Notes: generated by a model not told the origin, from the letters alone. Shown: positions 51,816 to 61,979, numbered from the stretch's first letter. The stretch: DNA of 64,000 nt from an uncultured delta proteobacterium (GCA_963793865.1 CAWCBP010000001.1:736001-800000), one strand, 5' to 3'. A program made the numbers and translations.

Positions 51816-52379
51816 TTATAGCGGGTAACTCAAAAAGACCGCTTTCCAGCACATGGTGTAAATTGTTCCGGCGGCTATTGCCAGGGCGTAGTAGACTTTC
51901 GGCTTCTTCCCTTCGGACACGTCAACACCGATAACTCGCCGCTCACCGATGGAAGCATTCATTGCCGCAGCGTAGCTGCTTAAAAACTTAAAACTCCGGT
52001 TGTGTACAAGCAGTAATACAATCGCCAGGATTCCGCCGGCAAGAGAGGTAAAGATGCAGGCATTAACCACACCGCGCACGCCAAGCGCCGCCCCGACTGC
52101 ACCCATTAGTTTTGTATCCCCCGCGCCCATGAGTCCGAGCAGAAATGGCCCGAGAAAGATGGCTAAACCGGTAATGAGACCCAGCAGGCTATAAAGCAAC
52201 CCGTTTGTACCATTCAGCACGGTATGAAAGGTCAACGCGGCAGCCATGGCAGGGTAGGTCAACATGTTGGGAATTTTAAAAATCCTCATGTCTATTGCTA
52301 AAGCAATTAGAAGCACTGCTATTAAAAACAGGTTAAGGTAAATATCTGTCGCTCCAATGCTGAGCATGTGCCTTTCCAT
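51816..52379 (-). CDS. cpaA: Prepilin peptidase CpaA/TadV (A24)
   Basis: D..IFKIPN, MGAGDTKLM, YALAIAAG. Confidence 0.9.
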   Translation of the reverse strand: MERHMLSIGATDIYLNLFLIAVLLIALAIDMRIFKIPNMLTYPAMAAALTFHTVLNGTNGLLYSLLGLITGLAIFLGPFLLGLMGAGDTKLMGAVGAALGVRGVVNACIFTSLAGGILAIVLLLVHNRSFKFLSSYAAAMNASIGERRVIGVDVSEGKKPKVYYALAIAAGTIYTMCWKAVFLSYPL

Positions 52380-52640
52380 GATTTAACCATCAAGCGTTCG
52401 ATAAATTATTCAGTAATGCTTGCTATCGGTAGGCGGGACAAAAACTTTAGAAAAATGTTTCTTACAATGCGGACACGTGATATCCCGGAGGAAAGGTAGT
52501 TTTGCAATACCCTAACCAAACTATTTAAATTTATGCAGGAGCGCATTCATAAACGATACATTCGCGGCTTCAAGCCGCGCCTACCGACTATCAGTTATGC
52601 TTAGCGAGAGATTGTCTTGTTTTTGTGCGCAGGAATGCAT

Positions 52641-52681
52641 AAACAAAACATCTCCTAAAAAATTTGGGAGATGTTTTGTTT
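52641..52681. terminator. Hairpin between pilin array and cpaA (probable terminator or mRNA stabiliser)
   Basis: 15 bp perfect stem AAACAAAACATCTCC / GGAGATGTTTTGTTT, about 36 bp after the last pilin stop. Confidence 0.75.
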
Positions 52682-52717
52682 GAGTAGGAGATGCCCGGGA
52701 CTAAAGTAACATTCGCA

Positions 52718-52879
52718 TTACGGCATTTCGCCGGCGATAGTATTGAAGGTCCTTTCAACGGCCGTACCCAGGAGCGTAACCGCGCCTATGATAACCACGG
52801 CGATCAGGGCGGCGATCAGGGCATATTCCGGGGCGGTAACACCATCTTCTCTTTTAACCAGTTCCATTAATTTCTTCAT
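52718..52879 (-). CDS. flp: Flp pilin copy 4 (53 aa)
   Basis: Not in ORF track; MKKLMELVKREDG|VTAPEYALIAALIAVVIIGAVTLLGTAVERTFNTIAGEMP; AAGGAG RBS. Confidence 0.9.
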   Translation of the reverse strand: MKKLMELVKREDGVTAPEYALIAALIAVVIIGAVTLLGTAVERTFNTIAGEMP

Positions 52880-52962
52880 GTCTGTTCTCCTTTAATTACG
52901 TTGTTGTGTTTTATTCCCAGTAAATCATTGAATAATCTGTTCCATACCTCTCGATTGCTGTC

Positions 52963-53123
52963 TTACGGCATTTCGCCGGCGATAGTGTTGAAGGTCCTTT
53001 CAACGGCCGTCCCAGGAGCGTAACCGCGCCTATGATAACCACGGCGATCAGGGCGGCGATCAGGGCATATTCCGGGGCGGTAACACCATCTTCTCTTTTA
53101 ACCAGTTCCATTAATTTCTTCAT
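52963..53123 (-). CDS. flp: Flp pilin copy 3 (1 bp deletion relative to copies 2 and 4)
   Basis: 161 nt versus 162 nt; plus-strand cggccgt-cccagg lacks the A present in sibling copies. Confidence 0.8.
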
Positions 53124-53203
53124 GCTGTTCTCCTTTAATTACGTTGTTGTGTTTTCATTCCCAGTAAATGTTAATAATCTGTTCCATACCCTCGATTGCT
53201 GTC

Positions 53204-53365
53204 TTACGGCATTTCGCCGGCGATGGTGTTGAAGGTCCTTTCAACGGCCGTACCCAGGAGCGTAACCGCGCCTATGATAACCACGGCGATCAGGGCGGCG
53301 ATCAGGGCATATTCCGGGGCGGTAACACCATCTTCTCTTTTAACCAGTTCCATTAATTTCTTCAT
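53204..53365 (-). CDS. flp: Flp pilin copy 2 (53 aa)
   Basis: Same protein as copy 4; GGAGG RBS. Confidence 0.9.
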   Translation of the reverse strand: MKKLMELVKREDGVTAPEYALIAALIAVVIIGAVTLLGTAVERTFNTIAGEMP

Positions 53366-53453
53366 GCTCATTTCCTCCTTTCTCGTGTTAACATTTTTAT
53401 GTTTAGTTTTTTTATGCTATAACTATCGGCCCGGTGCGCTTAAAACAATAGCC

Positions 53454-53615
53454 TTATGGCATTTGGGCTGCCACATTGCTGAATGTTCTTTCTGTTGCCT
53501 GGCCCATCAGCGTGACTGCTCCTATAATAACCAATGCGATCAGTGCGGCAATCAAAGCATACTCAGATGATGTAACCCCTTCTTCTCTTTTAACCAGTTC
53601 CATTAATTTCTTCAT
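53454..53615 (-). CDS. flp: Flp pilin copy 1 (divergent, 53 aa)
   Basis: MKKLMELVKREEG|VTSSEYALIAALIALVIIGAVTLMGQATERTFSNVAAQMP. Confidence 0.9.
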   Translation of the reverse strand: MKKLMELVKREEGVTSSEYALIAALIALVIIGAVTLMGQATERTFSNVAAQMP

Positions 53616-53671
53616 GATCGAATTTCTCCTTTCCCAATGATAACAATTATTCAATTATTGATGAATGGGAA

Positions 53672-53689
53672 AAGCAACTGTTATGCCAA
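53672..53689 (-). promoter_or_regulatory. Sigma54 (-24/-12) promoter of the flp/tad operon
   Basis: TGGCAT-AACAG-TTGCT on minus strand, about 57 bp before the first pilin ATG, within an AT-rich region. Confidence 0.8.
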
Positions 53690-54091
53690 GTTTTCGTTTT
53701 ATGGTATAAAACATGTAACCAATTAATATTAAAGAGATAATAATGATGATATTAACATATTTACAATTTAATTTGAGATGACAATTTTGGTTCCTTTCGG
53801 TACTATTAATTTGTTAAAAGCATTATTAAAGAAAGAATTTGCAATTAAAAGATGATAATAATTTCAATAATATACGATAATATTGTGCGTTAATAAATTG
53901 AATGTTCTTATTTGTACGTTATATTGGGAACCAGCTATTTATACAGAAAGGAGTTAACCGGTTACAGCTTTCATGATGCCCAATAATGATATCCTTTACG
54001 GTTTGCACGTTCTGTGATATAGAGAGATTCTTACATGAATGGGTGCGGTGGAAGGTCTTTTTTGAGTCTCACCAGGGAGGAACCTACTTGC

Positions 54092-54412
54092 ATGACGAAT
54101 GAGAGACGGGGCTTTGGCAGATTTGGCACTGCGTTAAAGGCATATTATATAATTAATGGTGAAATCGGTGAGATAAAGCACGACTGCGTTGTCACCAATA
54201 TGAGCCGCAAGGGTTTTGGACTGCAAGTGAAGTCCGACAAGAAAATTGACCAGGGCGCGGGTATCCGGCTGGAGATATATGTTCCGGAAAAGAAAGGTCC
54301 AACCCTCGTTCAGGGAACTGTAAAATGGATTGAAAAAAAGGGATCCTTCTGGGCGGCAGGCGTAGAATGCTTGAAAGTGCTGAATGAAATGGATTTTTCC
54401 AAACTGAGCTGA
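54092..54412 (+). CDS. PilZ domain protein
   Basis: RRGFGR and NMSRKG. Confidence 0.82.
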   Translation: MTNERRGFGRFGTALKAYYIINGEIGEIKHDCVVTNMSRKGFGLQVKSDKKIDQGAGIRLEIYVPEKKGPTLVQGTVKWIEKKGSFWAAGVECLKVLNEMDFSKLS

Positions 54413-54434
54413 CGGGCCTTAACCTGTTATCACC

Positions 54435-55355
54435 TTATTCCTCGAGAGGTATCTCAAAAGAGTCTAAAATCCTGTGCGTCCAATGCTGTATGACCTTTAC
54501 CTTCATTAAGCCTTCCTCCACGCTCAACACACACCAGTGATATCCATGCTTATTCACTTCTGATCCTTCAGCCCTGTCCCACACACAAGGGAGAGGAAGC
54601 GGGGTTGCCCCGCCTCCCGCGGTGGTAATGTGCTTTATCCCGTTCACGGTAAATCGTTCATACCAGTGATTGTGGGCATACGCGATCATCTTAACGTTAT
54701 ACTGCTCACACAGTGAAACATAGCGATTCCTCATGAAGCGGTTTGAACCATGCCCTTCGCCGAACCAGCTGCGGGAGGCATATGCCGGATCGTGCCATAT
54801 TACCAGCATGGGTTTATCGCGGTTCATTTCCAGGTCATCTTTGAACCACTCATACTGTATCGTTTCCAATGCGTCACCTTCATGCGTCTCGTCGTTAAAG
54901 CCTTCCAGGTTGGAATCGATGGAGATCACATGGAGTCCTTCCACGTCTTCCGACCACCATCGCTCCACCTGAAACGTGGCATAGTAATTCCAGGTGTAGT
55001 AGGCTTCCTGTTCGCAGTGAGTGTCCCACCATTCACAAACCGCGTCTTCATCATCATGATTCCCCACACAGGGATAGATGGGATAATCAAATGCCTTTTC
55101 GTTCGCGTCAATCCACGCGTCCCATTCCCAGGCATTTTTGCCGCTTTTTACATAGTCGCCGGTCATGACAATCCCTACCAGGTTGTCATAGTTGCGCTCA
55201 GTGTATGCAATGGCGTCATTTATGATCTGACGGGCTTTTTGGTAAAATTCATTTCCGACGCCGGCGCGGGAATCGCCAATGACAATCAGCTCAAATCCGT
55301 GAACGGTTGATACCGCGGCAAGAAAAAAAAGAACCGGCAGCAGAATTTTTTTCAT
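54435..55355 (-). CDS. Exported metallophosphoesterase (purple-acid-phosphatase-like)
   Basis: Signal peptide, GDSR, TGDYV, GNHD, WH, AHNHWYER. Confidence 0.85.
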   Translation of the reverse strand: MKKILLPVLFFLAAVSTVHGFELIVIGDSRAGVGNEFYQKARQIINDAIAYTERNYDNLVGIVMTGDYVKSGKNAWEWDAWIDANEKAFDYPIYPCVGNHDDEDAVCEWWDTHCEQEAYYTWNYYATFQVERWWSEDVEGLHVISIDSNLEGFNDETHEGDALETIQYEWFKDDLEMNRDKPMLVIWHDPAYASRSWFGEGHGSNRFMRNRYVSLCEQYNVKMIAYAHNHWYERFTVNGIKHITTAGGGATPLPLPCVWDRAEGSEVNKHGYHWCVLSVEEGLMKVKVIQHWTHRILDSFEIPLEE

Positions 55356-55626
55356 AAGAGATGTCCTTTCCCCGGGTTTGCCTTTGCTTTATCTATTGCA
55401 CAAAACCCTCTTTTAATCAATCTCCTAGTAACAATAAGCATGGCAGCAGATCGACAGTATTCAAAAAAATAGAGAAGAGTTAAAGAAAAAATATAATTCA
55501 CCGAAATGTATAACAAGCGCGTCAGGCAACTCACTTCAGAATTTTCACAAGGGATGATAACCGGATACAAGAATCATGTAATCAGAAGCTGCCGAGCGGA
55601 TGCGGGCGGCGGATAAGGGTGAATGC

Positions 55627-55941
55627 ATGGAATACACAAGACAGTACGTGAGATATCCCACCCACCGGGAAGCTTTTTATTGTCTGCAGAAAGCGATGGC
55701 TGAAAAGCGGGAGTGCACCATCATCAATATAAGCCGCAAGGGAATGGGGGTGTTATTTCATGCGAAGGATGGCATAGCCATCGGGGTGCCGATTCGCATA
55801 GAAATACCAGTCGCAACCGCCCTTGAAAGCATCAGTGTCAACGGCATGGTAAAGTGGGTGGACACGTCTGATTCTGCTTACGTGGGAGGGATCGAATTAA
55901 GCAAGGAACTGAGTGACGTCAAATTTTCAAAGCTCTGTTAG
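55627..55941 (+). CDS. PilZ domain protein
   Basis: RQYVR and NISRKG; C-terminus (FSKL) similar to 54092-54412. Confidence 0.82.
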   Translation: MEYTRQYVRYPTHREAFYCLQKAMAEKRECTIINISRKGMGVLFHAKDGIAIGVPIRIEIPVATALESISVNGMVKWVDTSDSAYVGGIELSKELSDVKFSKLC

Positions 55942-56095
55942 ACTGTGACCGGGGAATATGTCAGTCATGAATTCAGCTCAGCAATATTATATCTTCAGAA
56001 ACGCACTAATCATAAAAGTGCTAAAGTTATTAATTGCCGATAACGAATATTATTGTATGGGTAAAAAAACGCTTTCCTTTACATAGAGGTCCACT

Positions 56096-56308
56096 ATGGG
56101 AAAGAGCGCTTGCGGAAGTTTCCACATCAACGATCAGGAAGGAATGACCCACGGCGCAGGAAGCCTGAATGCAGAATCAGGAACAGGTTCGAGATTGGCA
56201 TCCTTTATAATGGCATGGTTACTTGCCATATTTTTTTGCCTTGCATTCTGGTTTGGAATCTACCTGCTGATCAGGTCATTCGTTTCCACATCATCGTGGC
56301 AAGTTTGA
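56096..56308 (+). CDS. Small single-TM hypothetical protein
   Basis: GAGG RBS, one hydrophobic helix. Confidence 0.4.
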   Translation: MGKSACGSFHINDQEGMTHGAGSLNAESGTGSRLASFIMAWLLAIFFCLAFWFGIYLLIRSFVSTSSWQV

Positions 56309-56351
56309 AAAGCCGGATATGTGAAAAGGCTGATCATTGAGAGGAAAGATC

Positions 56352-56738
56352 ATGATCAAGAAAATTTTGCTGGTTGATGATGAAGAGGTGATCCTTAACA
56401 CCTATGCCTCTCTTCTCGGAGAAAGAGGATTCGCCGTTGTCACGGCCACCTGCGGGCGAAAGGCTCTGGAGGAGTTTTTTTCACATTCATTTGATCTGGT
56501 GATTACTGATTTGGCCATGTCTGATATAGACGGCTTTACGGTTATAGAAGAAGTCAAAAAAGTATCGCCCGGCACACCCGTGATTGCTTTTACCGCTAAA
56601 TGCTATAAAAATGTCAAGGAGTATGTTTTTCTGCTGGGGGCATCTGCTCTGCTGGAAAAAACATGCAGCATTGATACCTTTATCGCTAATGTTAACAATT
56701 CGTTGCTGAACGGCCCCAAGGCCTCAACCGCCATGTAA
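56352..56738 (+). CDS. Single-domain response regulator
   Basis: ILLVDDE, DLVITDLAM, FTA, LEK. Confidence 0.88.
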   Translation: MIKKILLVDDEEVILNTYASLLGERGFAVVTATCGRKALEEFFSHSFDLVITDLAMSDIDGFTVIEEVKKVSPGTPVIAFTAKCYKNVKEYVFLLGASALLEKTCSIDTFIANVNNSLLNGPKASTAM

Positions 56739-56829
56739 CCGATCTCAGTACAAGCTTTCTTCCTCACCGCGCTTGAATTCCCTATCAAACATTTGTATTC
56801 CCGGTCATTAGTGTCCACAACAAGATAAT

Positions 56830-57042
56830 TATCCTTTGATTTATTAAACTTTTGACATGAGATTGCTTCGTCGCTTATGCTCCTCGCAACGACCCTACTT
56901 GTGCGTCATCGTTTGATTTTGTCATTGCGGGCGATTGCTTGACATGCTGAGTCCTTCGCTTTGTCATTCTGAGCGAAGCGAAGAATCTCGTTTTTGCCCA
57001 GGATACACTCAGCGTGGCAATCTCGTTTTTGGACAAGACTGA
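56830..57042. repeat. ~200 bp palindromic dispersed repeat, copy 2
   Basis: Inverted copy of 19848-20050; GAGATTGCTTCGTCGCTTATGCTCCTCGCAACGAC and GTCATTCTGAGCGAAGCGAAGAATCTC submotifs. Confidence 0.85.
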
Positions 57043-57190
57043 CAGAAAAAGTTTTTTTATGGTTATAAAACCAATTTTTATTATATAAACTCATGGACCG
57101 TATCGGACAGGATTTAAGCAGGTGTTCTATAATTAAGCGATTGCTGTATGTGTGTCGTTGAGTACAAAATATAAAGGGAGGATACATAGC

Positions 57191-57793
57191 ATGATGTTAA
57201 ACAGCCTCAGTGAATATTTTCTTAATCCGACATTTATCGTACTTGCCCTGATGTCGCTCTACTCGGTAACCGTAATGCTGAATCAGGCGCTCTATCTTTA
57301 TTCCAGCCGCGACACATTTCCTGAGCTGCTGCAAATTCTGGAAAATGACGACGGCGGCGACAAGAACCTTTCGGCCGTCGCAGCGGAAAGGAATACTCCT
57401 CATCGCAGGCTGATTAGTGCCGGACTGAAACATCTGGCAAAACCCGCCGAAGTACTGAGCGCGTTTCTTGACGAAGAGACCAAAGGACTCCGCTGGGAGG
57501 CAGAGCACCGCCTGGCGGTACTGGGGACCATCGCAAATGTGGCACCGTTCATCGGGCTGTTTGGGACGGTGATCGGGGTGATCCGCGCCTTTCAGGCGAT
57601 TGCGGTCAAGGCCAGCGCCGGGCCATCGGTTGTGGCAAGCGGTATCGCCGAAGCGCTCTTTGCAACTGCCGCGGGACTGTTCGTTGCCATACCTGCGGTA
57701 ATAGCCTACAACTACTTTCTGAAGCGTTCGAGAAAACTAAGCCTTGAACTGGGACGCATTGCGACGCTGATGGTTCATCGCGGGAGGATCTGA
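57191..57793 (+). CDS. MotA/TolQ/ExbB proton channel protein
   Basis: LGTIANVAPFIGLFGTVIGVIRAF, GIAEALFATAAGLFVAIPA. Confidence 0.93.
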   Translation: MMLNSLSEYFLNPTFIVLALMSLYSVTVMLNQALYLYSSRDTFPELLQILENDDGGDKNLSAVAAERNTPHRRLISAGLKHLAKPAEVLSAFLDEETKGLRWEAEHRLAVLGTIANVAPFIGLFGTVIGVIRAFQAIAVKASAGPSVVASGIAEALFATAAGLFVAIPAVIAYNYFLKRSRKLSLELGRIATLMVHRGRI

Positions 57794-57795
57794 TT

Positions 57796-58221
57796 ATGTA
57801 TATGCGCAATACTGATGATACCCCGTTTTTGAGCGAGATCAATATGATACCGCTGATTGACGTGGCACTGGTGCTGCTGATAATATTTATGATCATCACC
57901 CCGGTCATGGTGCTCAATTCCATCCAGGTTCAGCTTCCACAATCAGCCTCTGAAAAACAGCCCCCCACAAAGACTATTATCGTTGCCGTCAAGCCGGACG
58001 GAAGTGTCTATCTCAACAACGAGCCGGTCACACCCGGTCTGCTTACTGACAAAATAACCCTGCTCATGGAGCAGAAGCCTGACAGCGCAGTCATTTATTC
58101 AGACAAAAAAGTAGACGTGGAAACTATTGTTGACGTGATTGATCAGATAGAAGCGGGTGGCATGCACACCATCAGCCTGACCACTGAGCGAAAAACAGCA
58201 GCTTCCCGGCCTGCGCCCTGA
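57796..58221 (+). CDS. ExbD/TolR family protein
   Basis: EINMIPLIDVALVLLIIFMI with the conserved Asp. Confidence 0.93.
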   Translation: MYMRNTDDTPFLSEINMIPLIDVALVLLIIFMIITPVMVLNSIQVQLPQSASEKQPPTKTIIVAVKPDGSVYLNNEPVTPGLLTDKITLLMEQKPDSAVIYSDKKVDVETIVDVIDQIEAGGMHTISLTTERKTAASRPAP

Positions 58222-58256
58222 GCAAAGGAAGGCCGTCATAACAAGGAAGAAGCAGC

Positions 58257-59378
58257 ATGCGGCATGTTACGATAAAGTTTATAAGGCCTGTCGGCAGCTT
58301 TATACTGTCCGGCATCATTCATGGCATACTCATTCTGTTATTAGTGCAGTTCAACTGGATGGCCTCCGCAAACGGCAGGCTCGAGAAAAGCCCCACGGTT
58401 ACCATCATGCCTCAGGTTAAACCGGAAATCCCCTTAACCTTCCAGGACCAAAAACCGCAGCTTTATGAGGAATTCAGAGTGCAGGGCTTTAATCCCCTTG
58501 ATGATAAATCGCCGGGAGAAATGGATGATCGCCTGCCGAAAATACAATCGCTTTCCGCTTTACCGGTGGTAAAGTTCACACCTGACATACGCATTCGCGA
58601 TGATCTGCACCTGTCAGGCGCCCCAACGCTCGACAAGGCACTTTTGAATGCCGGCAAGGGTCCTTCAAACAGCATCGGCGGGCAGTTTTACGGCATGGGC
58701 GGCACCGGATTTTCAGGCTCATTCGGGAGACACATGAAGGGTGTCCGGGAAATGGGCCTTGACGTGGTTTTTATCTTTGATGCCACCAGCAGCATGGCCG
58801 AGTTCCTCAGGAAGGTAAAGACGAAGATAGCAAGCCTGGCCCAGACATTTAAAGCCCTGGTGCCCACGGCACGAATCGGGCTTGTTGCCTATCGCGACCA
58901 TAAGGATGACTTTGTCACCAGATCATTTCCGCTTACCCATAAAACACATCAACTGGAGCAATTTCTGCAGGGTATGGACCCGGTTGGAGGAGGCGACCAT
59001 GCCGAGGCGGTAACCGACGGACTGCGGGTTGCCATTAATGAGTTCAACTGGGGAAAGAACTCAAAGAAGATAATCCTGGTGATCGGTGATGCTCCACCGC
59101 ATCAGGAGGATATGCAGCAGACACGGGATCTGGTGGAAAAGTTCAAAACCAGGATGAACGGCATGGTGGCGACGCTTGATACGAGTTCCCACAATTTTCG
59201 GCTACAGGGAGAGGCATTATCGCAGGAAGTACTGCCGGAATTCAGAGAAATTGCCATGATAGGCGGCGGGGAGAGCGCGCGTATGATTGATGAGGAAAAA
59301 GTGATCAAGCAGATGGTTGTGCTTGTCTTTGGAACCAAATGGGAATCCTATCTGGACGAATTTTTAAAGAATTTATAA
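58257..59378 (+). CDS. Membrane-anchored vWA domain protein
   Basis: N-terminal TM with SGIIH, Pro/Gly-rich linker, MIDAS-type DATSSM, AYRD, GGGD..E, IGDAPPH. Confidence 0.85.
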   Translation: MRHVTIKFIRPVGSFILSGIIHGILILLLVQFNWMASANGRLEKSPTVTIMPQVKPEIPLTFQDQKPQLYEEFRVQGFNPLDDKSPGEMDDRLPKIQSLSALPVVKFTPDIRIRDDLHLSGAPTLDKALLNAGKGPSNSIGGQFYGMGGTGFSGSFGRHMKGVREMGLDVVFIFDATSSMAEFLRKVKTKIASLAQTFKALVPTARIGLVAYRDHKDDFVTRSFPLTHKTHQLEQFLQGMDPVGGGDHAEAVTDGLRVAINEFNWGKNSKKIILVIGDAPPHQEDMQQTRDLVEKFKTRMNGMVATLDTSSHNFRLQGEALSQEVLPEFREIAMIGGGESARMIDEEKVIKQMVVLVFGTKWESYLDEFLKNL

Positions 59379-59384
59379 GGGTAC

Positions 59385-61931
59385 ATGTTTATGCCTTTTC
59401 TTCCCCGCCGGGTTAGCCGCGCCCTGCCTTTGATTACAATCTTTTTTCTCCACACTGCCTCCACCGCAGCAGTGAATGCCGGGGATCTGAGCCGGCTTGA
59501 CGTTGCTAAAATGACATCTCCCGGTGAGTTAAAGAACGCCCTCAGCTCAATGCAAGCATGGTTTGAGGGTGAACAGCAAAGTCGGCAGCCGTCATTTGAA
59601 CTGCAGAAGACCGTTGTCACAAAATCGGGAGAGTGCATCAGCAGACTTGTAGATTTAAGTCAGAGCGCCGATCTGTCGAAGGAAGCGGAAAAGGAGTCAT
59701 TTAAATCAGTTTTTTTAAGCAGCGGCGAGCTGCTCCGAGAGATGCTCACTTACAATCAGACCCGCGTGGATGACCTGCTGGAGGCAAAGCTTGAGCAGAT
59801 TCAGGATAAGGAGGCCTTCTTTACCTCACCTGAGTGGGAGCAGCCCCGGTATCTGATAGCAGTCGCGAGTTACTGGCTGGGATGGAACAATTACTATGCC
59901 TCGCTTTTATATCAGCCGGGCGATATAGCACGCCTGAGTCTTCTTGACGAAGCTGTTTCCGGATTTACCCGGACGCTGCCGGACCTGAACGATCAGTCTC
60001 TGGCCAACCGGTGCATGTTCGGCAGGGCGTTATGTTTTAAAGAGCAAAAGAAATATGATAAAGCGCTTCAGGATATCCATTCCCTTATGGCTAAAGTTCC
60101 CCGCGGGGATTTGCTGTATGCACAGGCCGGATATGAGAATGCGCTCATCAGTCACCTGTCCGGTAAAAACGAGCTTGCGGTAAAGCAGATTCAGGAACTG
60201 CAGACAGAAGGCAAGCCTGGTGTCATGCCGCAGCAGATCAAGGATCAGCTCAAGCAGCTACAAACAAAAATCGCGCTTGGCATCGCTGAAAAGAAGACGT
60301 CCGCACAGGACGCTGCACATGCCAAGGCCTCGTATGATGAGGCGGTACGCGAGCTTAAGCGCATTGCGGAGGCGGATGCGGCACAGGCCGGGGTGCTGTA
60401 CCGGTATGTGTTCGATCACGCGGAGCACCTTTCAGACAAACCGGATGCAGAGCTGGGCAGCATCGGAAGCCTGGCCATTGCTGATTGGCATTTTGACCGG
60501 AAAGAATATGATCCTGCCGGCGCACGTTACCGGAGGTTGTATGCCGCACCGGACAACTTCATTAACGGGTATCTTGACGGACTTTGCTTCAGGCTCGCCT
60601 ACTGCTATTCACAGAAGCAGCAGTGGCAGGATGCGCTGGGATGTCTGGAGATGCTTTTTCAGAAATATCCCGGCTCATCGTTTGACGGCAAGGCAGCCTG
60701 TCTCTATCATGCCGTTGCCGCACAAGCCTATCAGGCACAGCCTTCAGATGGCGCGTATGCCCGCTATGTAAAGGCTGCCGAGTGTTATGTGAAAAACTGT
60801 CCTGATGCCCAGGATAAGAGTGAGGCCCATTTTCAGCTGGGACGATATTATCAACAGCGGGGGCGGATGCAGGACGCACTTGTGCAATTTAAAAAGGTCG
60901 GCAATGATTCGCCGCATTACCCTGATGCGCATCATGCAGTGCTCCTGATAACCGTAAACGGGCTGCAGTCGGATGTTGAAGAACTCGAGTCATTGATTCG
61001 CGATGGCCAGGGGCAATCGGAAAAAGCGGTAAAGCGGTACCGGGAATGCATCAAACAGGCTGAGGATTGCCGGAAGACATTCACGAGGCTGCAGTCACCG
61101 GATGGTGACAGTGTCCTGGAGGCTTATGTGACTATCCTGCTGGCACGACTGTACTTGCATGCTTCAGAGCAGTCTCCGCAGAAGGCGCTGCAGCTGCTGC
61201 GGGGATTTGAAGCAACATTTGCGATTAAGCAACAGCAGGAATTGCTGTATGACATGGCACGAAAGCTGAGGCTGGAGTGCTACCTTCAGCTCGGCATGCT
61301 TAAAGAGGCAGAGCAGGAAATGGCCCGTATAACTGCACAAGGAACCGTTGACGAAAAGACCTGGGCGTTTCTTAACGGGTGTGCTGATCGGTATTATACA
61401 CTGGCTAAGGAAGATCGGGCAGGGACGGAAACCGGCAGCACCACACGGCATGCGGCAGCGTCACTGACAATTTATAAAGGGCTTGCCGACATTGCCGGGA
61501 ATAATCCCTCCTATAAAAATCTTTATGATCCGATCCGGATGAGGCTTGCGGAGCTTTATACCATGGAGAATCAGTTGCCGCAGGCGGCCGCAATCTATCA
61601 GGATTGCCTCCAAAAGGACCCGAACTCAGGGGATGGGCTGTATAATCTGGCCCGTATATATGAAAAGGAAGAAAAGTGGGAAGATGCTTACATCACCTGG
61701 AACAAACTTGCCCGGGGCATCAAGCCGGGCAGCAACAGCTGGTTCGATGCCCGGTACTGCACGGCACAGGCGCTGATCAGACTTGGCAAGCCCAAAGATG
61801 CCTGCGACGTCATAGCGGTAACACGATCAAATTATCCGGATCCGGGCGACGAAGCATTGAAACAAAAGTTTTTGAAGTTAGAGGATGAGTTTTGCTCAAA
61901 ACAAGATACGACACGAACCGGGAAGGATTAA
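59385..61931 (+). CDS. Large exported TPR protein
   Basis: Signal-like N-terminus, many TPR-like helical repeats (AHFQLGRYY, LYNLARIY). Confidence 0.8.
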   Translation: MFMPFLPRRVSRALPLITIFFLHTASTAAVNAGDLSRLDVAKMTSPGELKNALSSMQAWFEGEQQSRQPSFELQKTVVTKSGECISRLVDLSQSADLSKEAEKESFKSVFLSSGELLREMLTYNQTRVDDLLEAKLEQIQDKEAFFTSPEWEQPRYLIAVASYWLGWNNYYASLLYQPGDIARLSLLDEAVSGFTRTLPDLNDQSLANRCMFGRALCFKEQKKYDKALQDIHSLMAKVPRGDLLYAQAGYENALISHLSGKNELAVKQIQELQTEGKPGVMPQQIKDQLKQLQTKIALGIAEKKTSAQDAAHAKASYDEAVRELKRIAEADAAQAGVLYRYVFDHAEHLSDKPDAELGSIGSLAIADWHFDRKEYDPAGARYRRLYAAPDNFINGYLDGLCFRLAYCYSQKQQWQDALGCLEMLFQKYPGSSFDGKAACLYHAVAAQAYQAQPSDGAYARYVKAAECYVKNCPDAQDKSEAHFQLGRYYQQRGRMQDALVQFKKVGNDSPHYPDAHHAVLLITVNGLQSDVEELESLIRDGQGQSEKAVKRYRECIKQAEDCRKTFTRLQSPDGDSVLEAYVTILLARLYLHASEQSPQKALQLLRGFEATFAIKQQQELLYDMARKLRLECYLQLGMLKEAEQEMARITAQGTVDEKTWAFLNGCADRYYTLAKEDRAGTETGSTTRHAAASLTIYKGLADIAGNNPSYKNLYDPIRMRLAELYTMENQLPQAAAIYQDCLQKDPNSGDGLYNLARIYEKEEKWEDAYITWNKLARGIKPGSNSWFDARYCTAQALIRLGKPKDACDVIAVTRSNYPDPGDEALKQKFLKLEDEFCSKQDTTRTGKD

Positions 61932-61979
61932 TAAGCAATAGGCAGTGCCGGTAGATCAGGGCTGCCTTACGGGTGACAC

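Noticed and set aside
52718..53365. CRISPR array
   Set aside because: The repeats are ~245 bp coding units (Flp pilins) without unique spacers, and there are no cas genes.
41574..53615. Tad locus as a set of pseudogenes or programmed frameshifts
   Set aside because: Motifs are intact, and similar indels also hit unrelated genes such as mutS2 and nuoF; assembly error is the simpler explanation.
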